Below, in pieces: positions 11,589 through 19,938 of a stretch of DNA of 64,000 nucleotides (position 1 is the stretch's first letter; every line of letters starts with the position of its first letter). The notes beneath the pieces are model-generated. The model worked only from the letters and a program-made list of their open reading frames with translations, was not told where the DNA came from and ran no database searches. Origin of the DNA: Salisapilia sapeloensis CBS 127946 (lineage: Eukaryota; Protista; Oomycota). The position numbers and the translations under genes were made by a program. The stretch lies in contig JAADVB010000056.1 of assembly GCA_023334545.1 (NCBI GenBank), positions 1 to 64,000 on the forward strand, written 5' to 3'.

Positions 11589-12210
11589 AGTTTTTGACCA
11601 ACGCGGAAGGGACGCTCATTTCATTGCCTACCTCTGCGCTGGTGATGTCAACGTTTTGTTCGTTTTGCTCTAGGCTTTGTACAAACTTGTGGTAGCCTCT
11701 CGATGATATGACTACCTACAGAAGATGAGATATGCCAAGGCTTGTCGGAACCAGAGAAAGGCTTTTCAAATGATGGAATTAAGTGGCATAGTTTCTCTCC
11801 TGTACGCAATTCCTGCGCTATAAATAAAAATAATTGAATATATGTTGATACAACTATGAATGAGCTCTGTGGTGGTGGCAGCTATCATGACTCGTTAGAT
11901 TGTCGGACGCGATTAGTGCGATTATTTGATCACGTCGCATGCTGTGATAGATCACGCCAGCATGCACACGACTGCAATTATTGCGGTTCACATCTTTCTC
12001 TACTTGGCAAGTTCTTGAAACGCAAGGATTCACCGTCCATGATTAATATGACCAAGATCGCAGCACAAACGTACAGTCAGCCTTAAAGGTACTCGATTGA
12101 TATTGGTCAAATAATTGGCAGTCTTATCCTTTTCACCCGAGATAGAGAAAGTGTAAGTGAATCGATGAAAGTATCATCAAGTTAGACCTTTACTGTTTCT
12201 TACATTGTAG

Positions 12211-13664
12211 TGATCTAACCGGGAATAACTTCACTAAGATCGATGCAGCTCAGTTCCAACACGTCAAAACTCTGTAAAGCAACCTGAAATATGTTTCAAG
12301 TATAACATCGTAGACTAACATTCTCTTCGTAGTTCTATCTACGACAACCCTATCGAAGAATTGATCGGAGTATTTGAAAACTTGCAACAACTGTGTGTTG
12401 TATGTTTGTAAATGGTCCCACGCACACCACTTGCTGATCTTCATCTCAATAGAACTATGAGCCAAACCTTTATCAAGAATCTGAATGGAAGAAGCTTGGC
12501 CAACCTTCAGTATCTGTAAATACTCAAGTCAAAACCTCCCTAGTCGATCTTCTAACGCCTTTGAGCTAGAGTTAGCCATGAAGGAAAGCTAGAGACGCTG
12601 AATGGCGAATGGAATGAGCTCCAATTCATGTAAGCGTCTTACTACGATCATCTCACCATTTTATCTTATTTCTATTGTTTGTGCAGTGATTTGTTTGAAA
12701 ACGAGCTCTCTCAAATCAATGCGACCATGCCGAAAATTACGACAGCGCAAGCTCTAGACTTTCGTCCACCTTGTCCATAACTGATCCATGATGCATGCAC
12801 TAGAGATTTTAAATTTAATAAGCTCAAGAACTTTGGTTGTGTCTACGAGGAATTACAGAAGTTGTAAGGCATATGTGATAGCGCTATTAGGTAGAGGTGC
12901 GAGATGAGTTCATCCTGTAGATCTCTAATGGGTAACAAGCTGACGGACGGGAGTTTACGTGTATCTGGGTGTAAAAAGCTCAGCACGATGTACGTGCTTC
13001 TGTGTTTTCCTCAAGAGCATGTTGCTAAAGGATTGAAACAGCGAAATAAGCAGAACTGATATAAAGGAGATTCATGGCTTAGACACTGAAGTTTTGGAAT
13101 GAGTGCAGTATTTGTACGTCGTTATATGGGTACCTACAAAAGATAATGTCTGTTTGCTGAGTGAAGTTCAGGTATGCGAGAGACTGCGGGATGGAGGAAT
13201 GGCACGGTGTATGGTCCCAATTGAAAATGGCGTACGTTTTGCTTACATGCATATGTAGCTACAGAATCTGATATAGTTTTAATGTATACAGAGACTTACG
13301 CCGCAACAGTATAAAAAAGATCGAAGCGACTATCCCGAAAATCTCGACATTGTATGATTATATTCCATGGCACGAATATCGCTTTATATTTCTACAACAT
13401 TACTCATCTACGTCTGTATGCGATAGGAGTCTAAAGCAAAACGACCTGGGAGAAGTGGGTTTCAATCCAGCATCTTTCAACAAGACAGTCAAGTCTTACT
13501 CGGCTGTAAATGTACTGGATGTGATGCTGAAGGAAGAGGTCGAAATGTAAGTGACCTTAAGTGCTTTTTGAATAAGCAAGTTGACTTACATGCATATTTT
13601 CGTCTAAGAACATCCAAGACAATCCGATATACAACTGCATTAATCGGACCGAATTTGGACCTTC
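12211..13664 (+). pseudogene. Leucine-rich-repeat gene with one repeat per micro-exon; probably damaged (pseudogene, or needs exon skipping)
   Basis: AG/GT-bounded phase-2 exons at 12211-12273, 12333-12392, 12453-12515, 12570-12629, 12687-12746, 12804-12863, 12921-12989, 13042-13113, 13172-13231, 13292-13351 and 13427-13546, plus 13608-13664 with a defective acceptor. They translate to LRRs such as DLTGNNFTKI, SIYDNPIEEL, DLFENELSQI, SLMGNKLTD, DLRRNSIKKI and NIQDNPIYNC. There is an in-frame TGA at 13100-13102. The 5' and 3' ends of the gene are not resolved. Confidence 0.8.
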
Positions 13665-14840
13665 GTAAGTAGTCAGAAGCACATTCTCCCATGCGGAACT
13701 AAAGATAGTTTGTATTCATGTACATCTATTCGACTCCCAGATCCATAAAGCGTGCAACCAAGAAACCAGAGCGAACGTTTCTTTCACAAGAAAAGAATCC
13801 GTTCAAGTAACCGGAAAGCGTTGCAGAGATCAGATACGTACAAGGCATTGCATACCACTCCACAAACACGACGACTTTTGCTTTTTAAAGTTTTTAATCA
13901 ACTTTCTTGATAAATGGTGAACAGGAGCGAAGTTTATAGCTTCTATCGTGCCTGTCTGTATCAGCTACTCGGATACTTTGTCAATGATGATTTCTATGAT
14001 CAAACGCATTTATTTTATTGTTGCAAAGGGAGAGGTATCTTGACTTTCGTGTAGCCGACGCCTACCCTTGGAGCTCATGCCCACTGGGCTCAGCCATTCG
14101 GATATATAGCGTTGGAATGGCTCGGTTTCCATCGAGTCAAGCAACTGGAGGCAGAACACCATGTCCATCTCTTGACAGCTTATTTATATCCGGCAGTACG
14201 TGTGCTAGCCGACGATCTCTCGACATCATATGCCGTCCATCCGATGTATCTACAGTTTTCACATTCACCAAACTCAGACGACGACAGTCACGCTTTGTAG
14301 GATTCTACTCAGGTGTTGCCTAGTTACATTCCACTTGCGATCGAGGTCCAGTACCGAGTACCTCGCTTATCAGCCAATCATTTACATTTCGTACAATTTT
14401 CACGCTCTCTTGCCTCAGTCACTAGTGCTTGGCGGCATCCTACCTGTCATCTAGTCTCAGCGTGCCACCTCGAAGGAGTGGAAGGCTTACCAGTAGACCT
14501 CTTAACGAATAAACTCTTGTCTAAATGCGGTATGTTCATCTACCCGAACCATCTGATCTCGTAATGCCCACAAAGCAGAAAGGTCGAGGTATCTCCCGTC
14601 CATGCACATGCATGAATGTGAATTCGACGACTCTCCTTGCTTCAGTATAGTTCTACTGAAGTAAGACCTCGTGTACAGCTGCATGTCGCCACTGACGATC
14701 TGTCAATTCTTTTTCATGTGGCTGCGAATGGCGCAGGAGCTCCATTCATATCGACCATCATTGACAAAAGCTAGCTGAGTGTATTTCTAGAATAAGAAGC
14801 GAACGGGACACTTGTGTTCATACATCAACATACAGTAGAC

Positions 14841-15464
14841 ATGACAAGTGACGAGCACACTAGTACACCACGAGACAGCGTTGCTAGCAGTGAAGAGCGA
14901 CTTTCGAGATTGTCCAACACGACCAAGTTCGCAAGTGTCCTCCACCAGCTCTCGCACGTAGACATCAGTCGTACGTATCAATCCGGTCCTACCACCCTAT
15001 ACGTCCTGGATATCTACTTACAGTACGTCCAAAGTGGCATACCATCAAGACGAAGTTCCAACCAGAGTTCGCACGACACACCAGTGTATCGACTGGAGAA
15101 ACGGTACTCGGACTTTCGAGAGCTGCGCGATCAACTGCGCAGTGTCGTCGGTGCGAATCTAGAGAAGAAGCATACGTACTTTTGCTACTACTGCACACGC
15201 ATCAACTGGATCGTCCGGTCGCTTCCATTCCCCTCTCGAAGCATTGCAGACGGACTCATCACGAGCATCCGACCTCTTCAGAAACTTCGCATTGAGATGC
15301 GAAAGAAGAAACTCGTCTACTTCTTAAATGAGATTATCCGGTGCGCAAAAGACGGATCCTACCGCCGCGGAGACTCTCCGTGCGATGGCTTTGAAAACGT
15401 TGCGCTCGTTGTAAAGAACTTTTTCGCAGACGCAAGTGCGCGAGACTCGTGCACAGGATGGTAA
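14841..15464 (+). CDS. PX-domain-like protein of the oomycete type
   Basis: YRLEKRYSDFRELRDQL (PX-like RYSDF), a CYYC insert, FPSR, and a C-terminal helix LVYFLNEII...VVKNFF. First ATG at 14841. Confidence 0.6.
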   Translation: MTSDEHTSTPRDSVASSEERLSRLSNTTKFASVLHQLSHVDISRTYQSGPTTLYVLDIYLQYVQSGIPSRRSSNQSSHDTPVYRLEKRYSDFRELRDQLRSVVGANLEKKHTYFCYYCTRINWIVRSLPFPSRSIADGLITSIRPLQKLRIEMRKKKLVYFLNEIIRCAKDGSYRRGDSPCDGFENVALVVKNFFADASARDSCTGW

Positions 15465-16405
15465 CTCTGGAGTTGTCTGCATGTACCTATCGACGTTGTT
15501 CCAGTCCGATTTCTTATTCCCATCGAGGCAAAGATCATTTTAATTAGTGCTATTCCTAATATACGAATATGAGTGTCTGAATCATCTTCTGTCTTCTCTT
15601 TCCTTATAATGTCTCTAAAAGCTGTTCGATTCCTTCGACACTTAGCGCATGAAGGATGTGGTTGTAATTGAGCATAGCGGTAGGAAGGGGCAATGACCAT
15701 CCTGAACGTATCTATCATATCGACGTTGCTCCCTCATAGGACGCTTAGATGGAAACACAACGCGCAGTAGAAGTTTTTGTGCCTGGTAGACGAACAATGA
15801 ATACCGTAAAAAGATCAACATCAATGCACACTACTTTGAAACCAAACTACTTGGAAGGGGTTCACGTATTGCCTGTTGCTACCTGCGGAGGAAGCGTCCA
15901 TGTACATTGACTTATACACGATCAGCAAACAGGTATGCCATGGAGGTGAAAGGAGAAAGTAAGTGCCGGGTAGAGTAGAAGATAGGAAATGTCCTAGTGC
16001 ACTTTGGATGACTTGATTGAAATTATCGTGGTCTTAATAATCCAGAATAAAATATCTCTTCTTTCGCTCATTTCGGAAGAGCAAGAATGGCGATGTCAAG
16101 ACTTGTACTGATCTATGCAAGCACAAGTGCTATAGAAGGAAGAAGGAATCTCACCTTCTACCTCTGCAAAAATTCCATGCCGATACCAAAAAGACAGATA
16201 AATCAATATTAAAGAAATGCTAACGTTACCGACCATTCTTCTTCCATTCTACTCCTCTTGGGACATAGGGGAGGCAAATTATACCCTTTAGACACTCAGA
16301 CAGATAGCCTACTCTTGATCTCATGTATCCAAATCAAAGCACATCATCAATAGAGCAGCTATTGTGGTTCCTTGAGTCGGTTGATGTATCGTGACACATA
16401 TCAAG

Positions 16406-17272
16406 ATGGCGTGGCTCCGTACGCTCGTAGCGGCGGCGATTGCCGGCATCTTTGCCCACCATGGCCTCAAGAAGCGTTCTCTCTCAGGCTTTGGCGCTAT
16501 GACAGCCTTTGTAGTTGGCTACCTGTCCATGGCATCAAGCTATCGCTTCGGAGTGCTCTTACTAGGATTCTACGCCGCTGGCAGTCGATTGACAAAGGTG
16601 CGTGCCGACCGCAAGCAGCAGATCGATGAAAACTATAAAATCGGCGGACAGCGAGGCTCTCGGCAAGTCCTCGCTTGCTCCCTCCTTGGCACTTGCATCG
16701 CGGTGTACTACTATCTGACGTTCGGAGACGCCGATCCCGAGCTGGATGCAGACAAGTCTCCGCTCGAGACGTTCCTCTTGACCAGCTATATCGCCCACTA
16801 TGCTTGCTGCAGTGCAGACACGTGGGCGAGTGAGCTTGGTGTGCTGAACAATCGACCGCCTCGGCTCATCACATCGTGGCGTGTCGTGCCGCCAGGAACC
16901 AACGGCGGCGTATCGCTCGTCGGTACACTCGCATCTATCGCCGGAGGAGTCTTCATTGGCTTCCTCTACTACGTCATGAGCTGCTTCTCGGGTACCCAAC
17001 AGCTAGGTGTCCTTGTCTTTGGTGGCATCACCGGCTTAATTGGCAGTGTCCTGGACTCTGTGCTAGGCGCGACCATGCAGTCGTCGTGGTTCCATAAGCC
17101 AACGAACAAAGTATGTGCCGAAGAGAAGATTGCATGGTTGGAACTAGAAGCTACGTCCGAGTATGAGCATCTATGTGGTCTGAATCTCCTTACGAATGAA
17201 CAAGTGAATGCTGTCTCTGTACTGCTTACGACGTTCGTCGGTGGATACCTCGGACTGATCCTTTTCGAGTAA
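16406..17272 (+). CDS. TMEM19: TMEM19 / DUF92 integral membrane protein
   Basis: Motifs GGQRGSRQVLA, ADTWASELG, VPPGTNGGVSLVGTLAS, GSVLDSVLGATMQ and LLTNEQVN. Confidence 0.9.
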   Translation: MAWLRTLVAAAIAGIFAHHGLKKRSLSGFGAMTAFVVGYLSMASSYRFGVLLLGFYAAGSRLTKVRADRKQQIDENYKIGGQRGSRQVLACSLLGTCIAVYYYLTFGDADPELDADKSPLETFLLTSYIAHYACCSADTWASELGVLNNRPPRLITSWRVVPPGTNGGVSLVGTLASIAGGVFIGFLYYVMSCFSGTQQLGVLVFGGITGLIGSVLDSVLGATMQSSWFHKPTNKVCAEEKIAWLELEATSEYEHLCGLNLLTNEQVNAVSVLLTTFVGGYLGLILFE

Positions 17273-17472
17273 TTACATCAAAGACTTTTGTTCCCATGCA
17301 TACTTCTTCCTTGCTTCATTATATCTCGTTCATGATACTGGTCATGGTGGTATACGACAGCTATAGACGATGACAAGTAGAGAAGATAAGGAAGACGCAC
17401 GTCTGGATGGAAAGCATTAGATTTTACACACTCAAAATGTCGACATGCATCTCTTCCTTTCGGTCTACAAAC

Positions 17473-19089
17473 TTAGTTGAAAGCTATCGACGCCCTTGCG
17501 GATCCATGCCGATAGAGGTAGAAGCCGTAGACAATGCCTGGAGCTAAGAAGCACACGATGATAATGGCCGACAGCATCGACTCAAACGCACTAAACGTGA
17601 CGTAGCAGAGCGAGGCAGCAGGTAGGATTGCACAGATACATAACATCCACATGCCACCAGGGACTTTAGTCGGTCTCGGGATGAAAGGCAGGAACTGTCG
17701 GAGACGGATGACGGAAAAGATGATCAGGAGCTGGACTGCTCCGGCAAAGGCGTTGGCCATCGGCAAGAGCTTGTCGAAGCCGACACCCATCATGATAACC
17801 GTGAAGACGAACGTCGAAGCGATGGAATAATGTGGAGTGTCGAAACGTTCGTTTCGGAAGGCGAAGAACGGAGGCAGAAGCTGGTTCTCGGCCATGCCAC
17901 TGATCTGGAACGACTTACAGAAGATACCGGAGATGAAGAGACCCGTGAGGCTACCGACGAAGCTGAAGATGATGATACCCATGAGGACGTCGCCTCCAAT
18001 TGCATGCGCAATGGACGGATATGAGTCACGCGTAAAGTAGGTCCAGTTGGGATCATCCATGAGAATGGCAGGCGGCATCGGGACGAGGTAGGTCGCGACG
18101 GTCAGCATGACGGTGATCAGGATGGCTGGGGTGTATACTCGCGCCGGGTTGGCGATCTCACCGCCAAAGACAGAGGCCATGTTGATGCCGTCAAATCCCC
18201 AGATGAGGGTGTTGATGAGCAAGTCGTGGTCGACGTCGATGGCACCCGTTTGTTCATCATCGTCTTCATCCTCCAGGATGATGTTATGCTCTCGTCTGAT
18301 CTCGAACAAGTCACCCGGGTCTTTTGCAATCGAGTAGCCCCAGACGGAGAATATGAGCACCGGGACGAGGACGATGAAGAGTAGATAGATGCAGCTTCGA
18401 CTTACAGCTTTGGTTCCGACGATGCTGGGAATCGCCCAGACAAGCGCGAGGGCTACTTGGATGAGGTACTTGATAACTTCTGACTCAAACTTGAGTCCGT
18501 AGTGATCTTCGAATAGCTGTAGACAGAAACCAGGTAGCAATGCGCTGTGGAAGAGTCCGGAAACCCAGGACCAGTAGCCGACTTGGAACCCCCAGAACGG
18601 GCCGAAGGCGTTGAGTACCCACACCGTAAAACCACCATCTTCTGGGAAGGCAGTACACAGCTCTGCCACGATGTACGCGTACGGGACGGTGACGAGGAGA
18701 GGATAGAGGATGAGAAGAGGTAGACCTAGGACTGGTCCGCCAGCCGAGATGATAGGTTCCTAAGCATCGAATTAGACTTTGGCTTGTAGCGACGATACAG
18801 GAGTGTAGCGTACCGATCCGATGGGTCCTCCACATCCGAAGAAGTAGGTGATGGCGGCGACACCCCACATACTTAGTACGCGATGGTTGGGCGGATCGAT
18901 ATAGGACGGATTGGACTTTCGGTACGAAGTTTCCAGACCGATCGTGTCGGAGTTTTCAAGTTCACTAGAGCGTTGTTAGCCTTTGGTTTTTAATGGTGAA
19001 GAAGATGAGACGTACACGAATCCATTCATGGTGACGGTAGGTGTGACGGCTGTAGACGGGTGCTTTTCAAGGATTGCTTGTTCGACCAT
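17473..19089 (-). CDS. APC-family amino acid/polyamine permease (LAT/PUT-like), two 5' introns
   Basis: The ORF with AELCTAFPEDGGF and WVLNAFGPFWGFQVGYWSWVSG extends upstream across GT-AG introns to TYFFGCGGPIGS|EPIISAGGP and a likely ATG at 19089 (MVEQAILEK). About 12 TM helices. Confidence 0.85.
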
Positions 19090-19938
19090 GGACGCGGTCG
19101 GACTTGAGCTGCCGGTGGTGAAAAGCGATGTGAGTTCTTTGGGAAGCGCAAGTACAAGAATGAATCCAATGGCATGCTCTCTTATGGCTCTAAACTTCGT
19201 CTAGTTCAGGCGTTGGATGGACTTGCATCCGGAAGAAGTCAGCAACGAGTCTATCGAGTTGGAAGAGTAGAAACTTTGATTCATGGAAACTTTGGATAGA
19301 CATCGATTGGGACGATGGTGGTATGTCAGTACATGACGACTCGACAGTAATCGGTTCGTGGCAAGTCGCCAGTGGTAGAAACCTTGTCGTCAGACGCGAG
19401 CGCTAAAGAAAGGTGTCGAGAAGCTCTAGTCTGACAAGTATCGGAGGAAGAAAAGATAGATGTCTTGCTGTCGTTCAGACGAAAATAGTTTGTTCTCACC
19501 ATCTACCATCTAGAGTGGTCGACGGAAGCTATGAGTAGACATGTAGGCAGCTTGTCACTAGTCGACAGCATTCGTCTTTTCGTCCCTTTGAGCTGTCGAA
19601 ATGCATGCTTCAATCTTCTACCTTGTACTTGTATCCATGGCTGTGGCAATTGCACGTCACCAGGATAGAATATTTAGTAGTCTCGTCCTTGTAAATATCG
19701 CTAGGAGCTAGCGAAGTACTCGCTGGCGACAGTGTCTACTTGTCCTGTGCGACTTTCCAAGATCCACTCCGGCTTTCTACTCTGTATAGTGAAAGCAAGT
19801 CATTTGGTCTTCCGAGCTCTAGACCTCGTACACTGTCTCCTATCTCGACGTCTCGCTTGGACCGACGATGCGCCGCGTCGGGACGCAATGTACTCTATCT
19901 CGTTGGTCTAATAATATCTCGCACTTCTTACCAACTCG

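Noticed and set aside
14020-14690. Overlapping 60-100 aa ORFs and a stop-rich minus frame as a transposase relic or the 3' part of the LRR gene
   Set aside because: No diagnostic motif in any frame, and it could not be spliced convincingly to the LRR exons.
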